Shown: positions 26,287-39,169, counted from the whole stretch's first letter. The stretch is DNA of 61,865 bases, filler included, from Trichosphaerium sp. ATCC 40318 (GCA_038496445.1; 3 parts of 3 records of this genome joined end to end with filler, not necessarily neighbours in it), one strand, 5' to 3'. Notes: generated by a model from the sequence alone, not told the origin. Numbers and translations are program-made.

Positions 26287-26683
26287 TTACATAGTTTGTG
26301 TTAGTTTACGTTCTTCTGGTATTTCACGTGTCCATGATAATACAGGTACTTCTTCTGGTGCTCCAAACATACTGTATCTTCTATTCTTTCTACGTTTTTT
26401 ATGTTTAGGTTTATATGGAGTAGTCACTGAAGATCCTTCAATGATCTTTCGAATCTCTTGTTTCCATTTTGCTGCACATGCTTTACTATCACAAATATAT
26501 GCTGTTTGTTTTCCATAAACGGTGACAATCTTAAACTCTGAGGATGATTTATGATCTAATAGTGTTGCGCCACTTAAAGGAACAATACCAGAAGGCCTAT
26601 TACTCTACATATCCAATTAGTGTTTGAATACTTGAGAAGTATAATAGAATTGTTGAAATCCGTACATTAGGTTTAGTGGAAAA
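26287..26683 (-). pseudogene. 3' part of a PH-domain gene, cut at the palindrome junction
   Basis: FSTKPN, then intron 26665-26605 (GTACGG...ATGTAG), then SNRPSGIVPLSGATLL...FKIVTVYGKQTAYICDSKACAAKWKQEIRKII, ending in TAA. This matches the PH-domain C-terminal strands and Trp helix. Confidence 0.8.
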
Positions 26684-27078
26684 CAAACAGCATATATTTG
26701 TGATAGTAAAGCATGTGCAGCAAAATGGAAACAAGAGATTCGAAAGATCATTGAAGGATCTTCAGTGACTACTCCATATAAACCTAAACATAAAAAACGT
26801 AGAAAGAATAGAAGATACAGTATGTTTGGAGCACCAGAAGAAGTACCTGTATTATCATGGACACGTGAAATACCAGAAGAACGTAAACTAACACAAACTA
26901 TGTAATTAAAGCACATTAAAACAACTTATCCAATCGGCTAAGGAATACCTTGATCTCAAACTATTTACCTAAGCCTTGAAACTGATTTATAAATCAAGTC
27001 TTTGTTCCAATAGCATACTAAAATATTTAACCCAGACTACATAACATAGCAAATTTGACACAAAATACTTTATTTATC

Positions 27079-28952
27079 TCACTTAAGAAGAGCTTGCTTC
27101 AATTTTTCGAAGTTAACACTTCCCAAACCTGTTACAGGATCCCAACCACTTGTAGCATTAAACCCATAAGGACAGCAAGTAAACTGTTGCTGCCTACCAT
27201 AAACTCCTGTACAATGGTTGTCTCCAACAGTCACATCATTGAACGCTTCAGGTGTCGATTCAGCGATAGCATAGAGCGCTTTGTTTACTGGTCCGAGTAC
27301 CGGTAAACCTGCTTTAATTCTTGCATCTTGTATAATAGCGAGCATACCAGCGAAGAGAGGTGCTGATGCAGAGGTTCCACCATTTGGAAGAAATATTCCA
27401 TTAGTTATTGTATTAATGTTATTTGCTACCAGCGCAATGTCAGGGTATGCTCTTTTGTTAGAATTATATGTGCTTGATGGAGGTAATGTATCTACCATAT
27501 TCTCGAGGTATGTAGAAACGACTTTTTCTTGGTAATCAGGTTGATCATACCTATTAAAACAAACAATAAGAAAAAAAAAAGAAACTCATTCCAAAAACAA
27601 CTGTTCAGAAAATCGCTTGACGTGCTTCAAGTTTGTTGTAAAAAAGTTGATAAAGCGAGCTAATGTAATAAGCGTTTACCGTACCAAATAGAAAATCCTC
27701 CTCCAGAAGTCGTAGTGGCTTTATAGTTTTCAACATTTGTTTGACATGTGCGCTCTTTTAAACCATATTCCGGTCCAAATGTTCCTCCTACTGTGGTCAC
27801 CCATGGTGATCCAGCAGGATACTGAGGTGCTAAACCACAAGCCGATGGATTACCCCGAGCTTCTCTATAGTTAACGCCGTCATCTCCAGAAGACGTTACA
27901 AAAGTGAATCCTCTAACTGATAACTTGGCAAACTCTTGATCTAAACGTTGAGCCAACGATGAAGTTAAATGAGATTCCTGAGGTCCCCATGATATAGAAT
28001 GAATCAGGGGAGGATCTTTAGCTTCTCCAAGTGATAGTAGCCAAGCAAGAACAGGATTACCAACAGGTGAGATAACGTTTGTTGTCCAGTACGTAAAGTT
28101 CACCATAGGTGCCATACCCAGCACCATTTCGACGTCAATAACCGGTTCAGCGCATGCATAGTTAGGACAACCAAAAGTGACGTTATCACCACGGAATTGC
28201 GTTACTGGACTTATAGGTAAACCGCTGTATTGTTGAAAAGTTGCCAAGTCAGGTGGGTTGTAATATTCATAAGGAGCTTCGACTTCAAATACAGAAATAT
28301 TGCTGCTTAACATGTCTGTTGATGATGACTTATCAACGTTATAAAGCTTCTTTATGGAATCCATGGACAAGTAAGGACCTGCTGGGAAGCCATCGTTTGT
28401 GTATGCAAGGACAGAAAGTTTTTCTTTAAAAACTGGGAAATCTGAGACGCCTCCAACCCAGTCCACGTGGTTTCGAAGTTTGTCTGGTATGGAATGTCTG
28501 TTACATCTTTGTAAGTGAATTGTCGAACTCGATTCGCTTGGTGTACATTCGCAATGGAAGCATGTTGTTTCGAAGAGCGTTTCAACTGTTTTCAATGGTA
28601 GCATTGCTGAAATCCATAGTTGGTCTGAACTTATAGCGTCTATTGTTGCTCCTACCTCTTGTAGGTACGATACAGTTATTTTTGAGCCAATTGTGTTCTT
28701 TGTGGCCTCTAGGACTTGCTCCTTTGTCCAGTATGACCCATACAATGGAGACTTTGGGTCTGAAACCACTTTCAACGAATCGTATATTTTTGCTACATCT
28801 TGTCCGTTTTTGACACCTACAACTATCTTATGTGGTATGTTTTGAGCGCTTGAGATAGTTTGATAAGTACAGAATGACGGTACAAACAATTTTGTTTGTA
28901 CAAGCGTTAACAGCAGCACAAATAAGATTAAAATAAGGAACTTGTGTACCAT
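27079..28952 (-). CDS. S53 peptidase, mirror copy
   Basis: Translation identical to 24241-26113. Confidence 0.93.
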
Positions 28953-29057
28953 GAGCTTATTGACGTTTCGTTGTTGTGGTACTTTAAGTTTAAAGGCCAA
29001 ATGAACTTAGCTTAACGTTGGCAACGAAAATCGATATAAAGAAAAGTGGATCATCGA

Positions 29058-29319
29058 TAGAGGTGGTCCCGGCTAAGAAACTCAGCAACAAAATCTGTAT
29101 CGGCTAAACGCTTTAAAAATGTGCGATTTTGTTGATGTTGTATCATGGCACCACATGCTTTTTTTTTACATTTTAGATGCTCTCAATGGCTTTGAATTCG
29201 TAAGTGTTCGATACATAGGTCCAAAGCCTAGTATTAGGCAAAAAACAGGTGACCTTTTCTTATTTTTCGTAGCCGGTCCAAAAACTTAAAAGGCTATAGC
29301 CGTTTAGCGACCACCTCTA
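29058..29319. mobile_element. hAT-type MITE, mirror copy
   Basis: Reverse complement of 23874-24135. Confidence 0.75.
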
Positions 29320-29583
29320 ATCATCAAACAGCAAAAATAATTACATTGTGCCGTTTTCATGGAATGATATTACTCTAAAATGTGAATATCTCTTAGCTAG
29401 GTAACTTTGTTCGTCATGTATCACAACCAATCCTTGAGGCAAAAATTGTGCAACGTGGCAGTTAGAATAAAGTTGATACGCGGAGCCATTTGACAATTAA
29501 AAAAGTTGTAACAGCCAAGGCGTTATTAAATACTCACTAAGTAAATTATCTTTATTGAATTAGTATGTCTTTTACAAGGTGGT

Positions 29584-30625
29584 TTACAAATTAAGACAAC
29601 ACAAAAATACCAACAAGTTGAACACTAAACAACAAATAGAATTTAACGTATTTGATGAGGAGGGTATACATGCACCTGTTGGCATCACGGTTGTTGGTTG
29701 TACTGTTGTTAGTGATATTGGAGTTGTTGGAGCAGGAGTTGTTGGTGCTAGTGTAGTTGGAGGTAGCATTGGAGATTGCGTTGTTGGAGATAGTGTTGTA
29801 GGTAGTAATGTTGTAGGTGATGTTGTAGGAGGCAGTGTTGTAGGTGGTAATGTTGTTGGAGGTAGCGTTGTTGGAGGGGCCGTTGTTGGAGGGAGTGTTG
29901 TAGGAGGAGGTAATGTTGTAGGTGGTAATGTTGTAGGAGGCAGTGTTGTAGGTGGTAATGTTGTTGGCACCAGCGTTGCTATCTGATAAGTTACAGAATT
30001 CACACGTGCGTTTGATGCCGACATTGCGCTAAGTGAAAAACTGCAATACGAAAGAGTTAATATAAATTAGAAGAGATTGTGTTACTCGAACATACCCGAA
30101 CGACGTTGAATTGAAAACGGCATTAAACGGAACGAATGTAAAATTGTTTGCAAGTAGTGTAATTCCTGAAAGAAACGTTAGTTAAACAAGCTCTAAATAT
30201 AGGATGTTTGGCTAGATACCTCCTATAACTGGTTGATCCATCACACACTCCAGTATAAGATTTGACGTTGGGTTACCTGAGCTGACTTCAATGATGTATG
30301 TTAGGGAATTTGTGTTAATATCAATTGTGTGTTGTATTCCAGAAATTGAAATTGGTGCTCGATACTCTACAGCTGTATCATTAACGATAAAGCCGGGGTT
30401 GTTTGGTTCAGCAGAATTAGCAGCCAAAAAGTCAGCGAAGGTCGGAACGCGCATTGTACATCTTCCCGAATCGCCTACGCCTATGTGGATAGGTTAATGA
30501 ATAGTTAACAAAACAGTGCAGCTCTTTGCTTGTTGTTGCGCCAAACAGCTTCTCTAGAGAAGCTACGTACTTAGAGCAAGCGTCAGTGCGAATAGAGTAC
30601 ATAAACATAGAAGTGCTTTAATCAT
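29584..30625 (-). CDS. Pro/Thr-rich surface protein, mirror copy
   Basis: Identical to 22567-23608. Confidence 0.8.
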
Positions 30626-31703
30626 TGTGAGAAAATGATAACAATAGTAAAAATAGTATCAACCAAAAAAAAAGTGTAAAAATAACTAGCTACTGTTGCG
30701 GAGAAAAATAATTCCATGTTGTATGTCCATTTCCCGACCTTGCAAAAACCTTTGGACTTGTACTTCTCGTAATATAATTTATATTTTGGCTCATAATTTT
30801 AAAGTTAAATAAAATATATTTTCACACGAAAGTAAAGAATTCTGATTTGTCCTATTTTTGGCAACTGGTTTTTTTTTCAATTGTAAAGTTTAATAACACG
30901 CTTGTGACTCCTGTGTCCACTGTCAAATATTCGTGCTCTTAATAATAGTCTATTATAGAAGTCAAAATGTGCCCAACTTAGAACAGTACTCTGATGGCTA
31001 CTTTGCGGCATTGAGGGACCGCTTCAATAAAGTATATAAGTAGTCTATTGTAGAAGTCAAATTGACGTAAGAACCGTTTTGTAACTTGGTTCCTAAATTT
31101 AGCGATTGTTTGCATTTGTTTGCATTGTTCGAAAACTATGTGAGTGTAGGACAACGAATGCCAGCAAGGTACGGGCTCGGTTCGCTTTCGGGAACGCCTG
31201 TGGCTTTAAAAAAAAATGCAAACTAAATTTAGTGTCCGACAAACGGTTTGCCTTACTTACGCTATAAACGCCGAAAAAAACTTCGTGTGGCAGTAAGAAG
31301 CAGAAAACTAAAAAGTTTTTAATTCCCCGACAAGTTACATGTTGAACTAGTAAATCTTATTTGGTGCAAAATCTGTTCAACAGAGAATGATCGCATTATC
31401 ATATTAGTCTATACTACATTCTCAAGAGGGAGGGAGCATATGGCAAGCAATAATGGGTTTTTCCCAATTTTACCAAAAAGTCACACCGAAACGTTCCCAA
31501 AACTGAACCGAAAATGATCCGAAACAATAATGTAGCATACATAATCCCACGGCTTTGTAACATGTTTTAAAACATTCTGCCAAAACTAAAAATGGCCGCG
31601 GTCATGACAGACGATGAAGTTTAATAGAGGAACTTTTAGCAAATTTTTTTCACTAGTTTACTCCTCATTTGTTTCTTGTTGTAGTACGTTTTTAGTTCAC
31701 AAG

Positions 31704-33074
31704 CTATACTACTGGTACAATTGGAAATTCATGTACTGATTTTGCACCAAGTTCTTCGAAGGTTTCTTTAGAAACCCAACATTTGTTGAAAGAATCCAAT
31801 GTTGCAACTTTTGAACCACCAAGCCAAGAAGAAAAAGCTCTTGAAGTAGATGCTACTATACTGACATCTTCTACTGTAGTGTTAAGAAACTTTATCTCTT
31901 TAGAAAGGCGCTCTTTGAATCCTTTAGTCAGTGTACTACCACCAGAAATACATACGTTGCTGTAAAGGCTCTGTTGATAGTACAATAAGTACTGCAGCAA
32001 AAAAAAAATCAAACAGTACCTTCCTGACATCACTAGGACATGCCATTATTGTATCATGTGCGAGCCTATGAATGCCGTAACCGCTCATACCAATAAGAGA
32101 TGGATCAAAAAAAGCTTCATTACACTTAAACAGCTCTAACCCAACAGGAATATCCTTTCCATTTGGAAGCTCATACGTAACCTCTTTTAAACTCATTCCT
32201 ATTTCTTTCTTAAAATTAAGTGCTATATAACTCATCTTCTCCTTCATATCACGGATAATATCTACCTCAGCACTTGTTGTAAAAGAATAACCCCTGCTGT
32301 TAAGCAATTTAACAAGGTACTCAGTAATATCACGTCCACCAATGTCAATTTTCTTAGCACCAGCTGAAACAGCATTTCCTTTGTAGACAGCGACTGTTTG
32401 AGTTAACCCATCTCCACATTCAACAACTAATCCACTGTCTTTATCTTGAGCATATATAGATAATCCTGGGGATGTAGCAATATAAACACTAGGAACCTCA
32501 AACGTCTCAAACATTATCTCCGCTTTCTTTTCTCTAAACAATGATTAATCCAACAAAAAAAACAACTTCAAACTGTTGCACAAAGTTATGACTACTTCAG
32601 ATATTGAGACGTACCTATCCTTGATGGGCGTAAATAGAGCCTCAGTTAATAGCAATGGTTGCTCCTGTGGATCACAACGCAACGCGCTATAAATAACAAA
32701 ATGCCAAACAGTTTCCATTGTGTCCCAGTCAGTGACTATACCGTGTTTCATAGGATATGTTAAATCTAGTAGACCTCGGCATTGGATAGCATAAGATCCT
32801 ATCCTTGTATTCCTTGGTCCAAAGCCTCCCAATGACGAAGTCTTGAGGTTTATAGTGCCAAAGACGTTTGGCTCAAAACAACGTGGTGAAACATCATCAG
32901 CGAATCCAGCAATGATGTTTCCAGATCCGTTGTCAATTATTACAGGCGGCGAACCTATTTTTATGTATTAGTTTCGTTTTGTGCAATTTTCGAAATGGAA
33001 TTGCGTTTTTCTCAGTCGCGTTTGGGTCAATTGTATTTAAACGTATTTAGTTGCGTACTACACGTATCAGACAT
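31704..33074 (-). CDS. Actin-related protein, mirror copy with intact frame
   Basis: Same motifs; reads through ISGGSTLTKGFKERL to PIVPVV*. Confidence 0.92.
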
Positions 33075-33520
33075 TGTTGTCGGACTACTAAAGATAATCA
33101 GCGGCTAGATTTAACTGCGAAAGTATTTGTTAGTCATCCAGAGCGTATTTTATACAAGTGCAGATGGATTACCGATACAGTGCACCGAAAAACGCTGTAA
33201 ATGCCTAACAATGACAATTTACGTACTCCAAGTGTACGCTTAATGTAACGTGGCCTGCCACACCCGCTGCGTAAATTAGCACGTTCTAGCTGTGTACACC
33301 ACTACGAAACTTGCACTTTTTAAGTTAGATTGCGTTAAGTTTTGTGGTGTCAAACTGGCAAACTCATTACCTTTCGTGCGATTCTTCTACAAAATATTAC
33401 CTTCTTAAGAAGGTGAACAAGCGTAGGCAAATGGTACAGTGATGAGAAATAACACCATCAAACCGAATATTTTTACAATAAAAGATTTATTCTTTTTTTT
33501 CTTTTTTTGGATTATTATTA

Positions 33521-34867
33521 TTAGCCACGTAGAAGGTTCATAATCTCATCCTTTGTGATCGTACTCACAAACCTATCATTTTTCTGTACACGCCAATAAC
33601 TATCACAATGCTCACCAAGTAAACTAACAAACTCTTCGTCATGTGTAATAACAATAAGCTGAAAACCTCGTTGTTCACGACGTGTTTTAATAATGCTACA
33701 AAAAAATTATTAGAACTAAAGAATCACGCGCTGAAGATTTCTAAAGACTTACTTGCTCAATGCGTTTGCAAAACTTTCAACATTAAATCTATCAAGGTTT
33801 GTTGTTGGCTCATCAAGTGCAAGTACACCACAATTTGTACAAAATGTCTCAGCTAAAGCAAGCCTGATAATAAGTGAAGCCAAAACCTATAGAAAAAAAA
33901 TTAAAAACTTGTCTTTCTTTGCCTTTAAAATTATTACCTTTTGACCAGCAGAACATCTACCGCGCATATTGAGTTCTGTACCTATATATAATATTAATTA
34001 TGAAATCAAACCGTATTAAGGAAGTAAGGTAGCGTTGTAAAAAAGTCAGTTTTTGAGAAAAAAACTCCAATAAAAGAATGAGAAAAGGTTTGCTGCTTTC
34101 TGATTTGAGATAAGCGCCTTACCTTGTTTTACCATAACCACTCTATAATTAAATACACGTTTAGTCTTTCCAGACTCAGAGTCGGCTCTGATTTCAAGGG
34201 TATCAATATCTTTACCCTTATAAGTAGCTTGCCAGAGTTCCTTTATAATCTTGTTAATTTCCTTCATTTTAGCACCATGATATGTTGTCAATGCATTATC
34301 AAGGGCATGATAATATTTATCTAGATCCGCTGTAGTCATCTTAAGCGTCTAATAATGAAAGTTTAGGCGAAAGAAATTGTAAAAAAAAATCTTCAAGTTG
34401 AAGCTTTAAAAAAAAGTTGATATTGTTCTAACTTGGTACCTTTAGTTGAACCATACGCTTATTATATAAGTCATCAGCTCCAACATAAGATTTCTGACCC
34501 AATTGATCTGTTATTTCCTTTTCCTGGGACTTATACGCTGTAACTTGGCCAACGAATTTGTTTTTCTATGAAGGCGTAAGTTTCGTTTGGGGTTTTAAGA
34601 ATAAAACAAGAAGGAAGCTCGTTGCTTAAGTGAAGCCTTGCCCTGAAGGTTTTTACGTTATAACTAAATTTTTATAATACGCACACTAGCGGTTATAGTA
34701 TTTAACTCTTTTTCAACAACTGCAGTATCATTGGCAACAGTTTCATAGCTCAGTCCAGAAAAGTCTTTTTTCTCTCTTTTTAATACTTGTTTCCAACTCT
34801 AATATTTCATCATGTAGATTCAACAGCCTGATATTCTCTTCTATTTTCTTACATGTTCCTAAATTTT
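33521..34867 (-). CDS. RAD50: RAD50 3' portion, mirror copy truncated by the gap
   Basis: [18 protein letters not shown] and LDEPTTNLD exons mirror 18347-19675. Confidence 0.9.
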
Positions 34868-34967
34868 NNNNNNNNNNNNNNNNNNNNNNNNNNNNNNNNN
34901 NNNNNNNNNNNTTAATTAATTAANNNNNNNNNNNNNNNNNNNNNNNNNNNNNNNNNNNNNNNNNNNN
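34868..34967. other. Artificial contig linker
   Basis: N44-TTAATTAATTAA-N44. Confidence 0.97.
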
Positions 34968-35325
34968 TCGGTCTGGTAAGCCAGAAATTTTTACTTTTTT
35001 GTCGATTTTTTGCTTCAAAAACGAAGAACTTTTACCTCACGTTTGATCACGAAAAAAATTCCAGAAAAAAATAAGAAAGGTAACATTTATGGCAACCATG
35101 GTCAAGTTCAGCTCTGATTTTTTACACAGTACACCAACATGTCAATACGCGTATTTGCAATTTTTTTGAAATGTAAAAGTTCTTCGTTTTTGAAGCAAAA
35201 AATTGACAAAAAAGTAAAAATTTCTGGCTTACCAGACCGATTTTGACTCTGATTCTTTGCACACTAATGCGACATGTATGAGTGCATAGAATCCGACAAT
35301 AAAAATAATTTCTCCGCTCAGGTTT
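34968..35325. repeat. Interspersed repeat with a 68-bp inverted repeat (34968-35035 / 35173-35240)
   Basis: One mismatch between the arms; a diverged copy lies at 41520-41810. Confidence 0.75.
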
Positions 35326-35888
35326 TTTTTCTCAAATCAAAAAATCTACAATATACTATTTCCTACTTATTAACACATGTTAGTTCCTCACCACTTGTAC
35401 TTGGCTCAAAGAATTGTGAACAACTGGATTAAAACAGAAAAAAATTACTTTCGGTACAAGTACTTTACTGGATAATACAAAATAAGTAGATGGCGTGAAG
35501 AAGCGAGTACGCTTATATCAAAAGCCTGTCTATTCCTTGTACACTATCTCGTTATTCACCTACTAATTCCGGTTTTGGCTAGCCAACCAATGGCAGTTAT
35601 AGTACATTCTTTCATTCTTTTTGGTTCTCTTTTTCTTATTTATGTACTGCATGTACTTCTAAATACAGAGGCTAGTGATGGAGGGGATAACCCTTTGAAT
35701 AGTGATTGCGTTATATGAAGTGTGAAAACGTCAAAGACTACGAACAACAAAGTGCATCTTTTTGAAACTACCTTCTGGAACTCACGTTCTTTTTTGCGAA
35801 CCAGGTTTTTCGCCAGGTTGTCAACATCTTTGTATTGTCATTATGTTAATTAATACTAACGGTCTGTTATACTAACTTCATAATGTAG

Positions 35889-36521
35889 CGTGATAGACCA
35901 GGTAGAAGTCCTGAAGATCTCAGAGAAAGCTATCTTCAATCATCCTTGAAGCGGTTTCCAAACTGTGTATGTTCTATTTAGTGTAACACCATTCTTACTT
36001 TGTAATTTATAGCCATATGCAGCCCAGAGAGGTTCTTTGTAATCTCAGCTTGCTTGAAAATAGCACAAAATACGATTTTCCAAGGTTGGAACTAGCTCTC
36101 ATTAATTACGCACCAGCTGTACGAAAAAAACTAGTGACAAAGTTTTAATAGAAAGATGTTTAGGCAAAGTGAGAAGCGATTTTAAACGCAATACAAGGTT
36201 GCTCTCCAGAAGCTATTAACTTAAAAGCTAAACTATGTTATGACAGGCTGCCAATATACGTGCTAATGTCTGGTTTGACTAGCGCAGGTTCTTCTGCTAT
36301 ACCTTTGACATCCTTTTTGACTATACCCGCCAGTGCAGCTGCAGACTGCATTCCAGACTATGTCTAAAATGGTGCTATCATTTCTACCCATCATTGGACC
36401 TGTATTATCTGGATCAATGAGCGCCTCAATCACATACTTTGCGGGAAGCACATACATCACGCAATGTATTGAGCTTTGCAAAGTGATGAGAAGATTGAGA
36501 ATGCAAAGAGAACATATGTAG
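35889..36521 (+). pseudogene. C-terminal relic of an IRG/IIGP-like GTPase gene
   Basis: EDLRESYLQSSL, PERFFVISA, KYDFP, AIQGCSPEAINLKAKLCYDRLPIYVLMSG, SAIP and FLPIIGPVLSGSMSASITY follow the IIGP post-G-domain pattern. Frameshifted; no P-loop found. Confidence 0.5.
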
Positions 36522-36743
36522 AAAAGTTGCTAAATAAACTCTATTTTGTATTGTTATTATTTTCAGGTTCTGTGCCTTTAGTAGCAGGTTGCAACAGAAG
36601 ATGGCTTATCATCGTACAACAACTATGTTAACAATGGAGGAATACTTAAGCGATTGTTCATTGCTGTTTACAAAGCAAGCGTGAATAGAAACGCATTGAG
36701 CGTTACAAAAGATACTGATCTATTAATTGTTATATATATATAT

Positions 36744-37109
36744 ATGTACGTATTGAATGTGAGTCTAAGCGAATTGCGTGCATTGTATCATCATATGCCA
36801 AAGTTCCGTTCAAATCAACGTATCCAGTTATCTTTTGTTCAAACTCTAGAAAACGAAATCAAAGAAAAGGCAAAGAATCCTGTAAAGAAGCCTCCACCTG
36901 TAAAGCGTACAGGAAAGAAGTTTGTAATGAAAAAGCCAAAACCTGGTGGCGGCGGTATGAGCTTCCTCGACGAGCTTAAAAAAAAGAGTCAACGTCTGGA
37001 AAACTTGGAGATTACTGGTGATACTCATGGCGTCGCGAATCTTGTTGAAGGAACTATTATAAACAAGGTAAAGGACAACTTTGGTGGAAAAATTAACAAT
37101 ATCTTCTAA
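36744..37109 (+). CDS. Small Lys/Pro-rich protein with a WH2-like motif (start uncertain)
   Basis: KKPPPVKR...PKPGGGGMSFLDELKKKSQRL. Confidence 0.45.
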   Translation: MYVLNVSLSELRALYHHMPKFRSNQRIQLSFVQTLENEIKEKAKNPVKKPPPVKRTGKKFVMKKPKPGGGGMSFLDELKKKSQRLENLEITGDTHGVANLVEGTIINKVKDNFGGKINNIF

Positions 37110-37159
37110 CAGGGTGCCTTTAGCTTTTGGGAAAACTCAAACCATTTTTGTATTTGTTT

Positions 37160-37345
37160 GCTTGATACTATTTGGACTATGCATCGAACAAAAACGAATT
37201 TCAAAGCCATTAGGAGCACGCAGGACTTAAAAAAAGAATGTGCATGGTAACACCAACAAAATCTCACATTTTTAAATGGTTTAGCAGATTACAGATTTTG
37301 TTGAAGAGTTTCTTAGCCTTTGGCTTTGCCGGACTGGACCACGAA
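37160..37345 (+). mobile_element. Diverged relative of the 23874-24135 MITE
   Basis: Shared blocks TTTGGAC..ATCGAACA, CAAAGCCATT, CAACAAAATC.CACATTTTTAAA and ACAGATTTTGTTG..GAGTTTCTTAGCC. Confidence 0.65.
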
Positions 37346-37719
37346 CACCTTTAATTCAATACAATTGAATATTTTTTTTACTTCACGGTCGCATAGCATG
37401 TGCAACCAAGTAATATTTCTTTCTGGTTAGAAATGATACCAGTTATCTATTTAACTTACATTAATATTGTAGGTGACAGTACTGTTGATTATGCGTCTTT
37501 GAGTGTAGGGAAGTGGTCTTGACCGCCTTTAAGCTAGACTCCGTATATGAGTAATCCTATGAGGTTAGTAGTAAATAATTTCTTACCAGGTAACGGATCT
37601 ACGATAAAAACTTAGCTACTTTATGTTGGAAGGGAAAATAACTCTACCTAATGTTTTGCAAATATCCCAACCATACTTGCATCATTTTTCACGAATCAAA
37701 CGGACTGATGTGCATTCTT

Positions 37720-38514
37720 ACATATCTATTCGCGTTTGATTCAAAAAAAAAATTGAATCACGTGCTCGCAAGGTCGAAAAAAAAACCAAGTGGGACACTG
37801 CAATCAAACCTAAGGAAGTTATGAAGTTTATAGGAACAATGTGGCTTTGGGAGCAAAGAAGTGGCGAAAGAAATTACAATGATGTTATTTAGCATAAAAG
37901 GAAAACCACATCCAATTGGTTTGATGATCTATGTACAAGCTCTATTCTGAGACAAATACGGTAAAAAGCCTTACATACTCGGTATCATTCCTCACTGGGG
38001 TCGCAGCCAGTTTCTCCTGTAGATGCTGCAAAAAAATTGATTCTAAAATTTGAACAATAAAATAAGTACTGGATTCGAGATTCATGGAGAATCAATTTGT
38101 AGATTGGGTAGCTGGGCATTCTCAACAAAGTAAAACTGGAGTCGTTACTGTTGCTCTTCCAAGCACCCACAAGAAGAAACTATTTGAAACACTTGGATAA
38201 TCTACCTTAAAATAAGTGGAGAATAGCAACAAAAACCATGCTTTGAAGACTGTCAACATGACAGAAAAGAAGTAGAAGGCAACCTGATGATTCTATGTGA
38301 TCACTATAATCTATGGTTCCACTCTGAATGCCTCAATTGGGACGATAAGACGTTGAGGAAAAAGTCTAAGGCTGAACAATGGATGTGTTCTTGTACAAAA
38401 GTTACAGAAGCACGCACTCACGTGACCCCAGAAAGGTTGAAAACATCAAAGTGTGCTTTTAGAAAATTGCAAAACAATAAAGCACATATTAGAAGTAGTT
38501 TGAAATTTGTTTGA
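37720..38514 (+). pseudogene. Degenerate transposase-like relic (piggyBac-like segment) with a PHD finger
   Basis: KWDTAIKPKEVMKFIGTMWLW resembles the piggyBac W..T..E...FIG segment. MILCDHYNLWFHSECL...WMC is PHD-like. Multiple stops. Confidence 0.4.
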
Positions 38515-39169
38515 CATACGCCAAGCGTTTGCAGTACTGATGTAATTTATCTACTTTTGTCCAGCCTGGGAATTATGATTGTTGATTCTGTACACGCGAT
38601 ATCCATGTGCCTTCATTATTAAGCAGTACACAATGAAAAGGAAACCTGCAACATGAACGGAAATGTTCGATTTATGCCATTTTTGCTAACCTGTGAGTAC
38701 TCCAATACGTTGTTTTACGCGTAAGGAAACGTTTTATAATACTCGTTGTCCCAAACTAGGTGCCATTACAGTTATTAATAGAGAACCAACCGCAAGGTAG
38801 TATTGTATATTGTAGACGTCTGTTGAACAAGGAAGGTCAAAACGAGAACACCAACGCGCTAGGAGAGTACTTTCATCGTATTTTTGTCCAATATCAGTGC
38901 AGTTTGAAACCACGATTGTTACACTGGAACGATAGACCTAGTTGGAGCTTTGGCACGGCAATTGCCAGCCCGCTCCTATTTTCTACTTGCATTACGCGAG
39001 CGATAGATTTTACATCCGTTGCTGGCTTATGCAAGGAGAGGCGCCTATTTGTGCGTTGAAACTAACAAAGTGATAGCTCTAATTGAAGCTTTCGTACAGA
39101 ACATCACAGCGTTTTTTGATTACGTAAACACAGTTTGCGTAAGCGCGATTAGTTTTATGGCAAACGGCC

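Larger units (their letters stand above)
18338..26515. repeat. Left arm of a giant inverted repeat
   Basis: Reverse complement of 26677-34867; mirrored ORFs with near-identical translations in the ORF track. Confidence 0.97.
26677..34867. repeat. Right arm of the giant inverted repeat, running to the contig end
   Basis: Reverse complement of 18338-26515. Confidence 0.97.

Noticed and set aside
26276-26916. MCFNYIVCV... ORFs flanking the palindrome centre
   Set aside because: Antisense shadows of the PH-domain exon.
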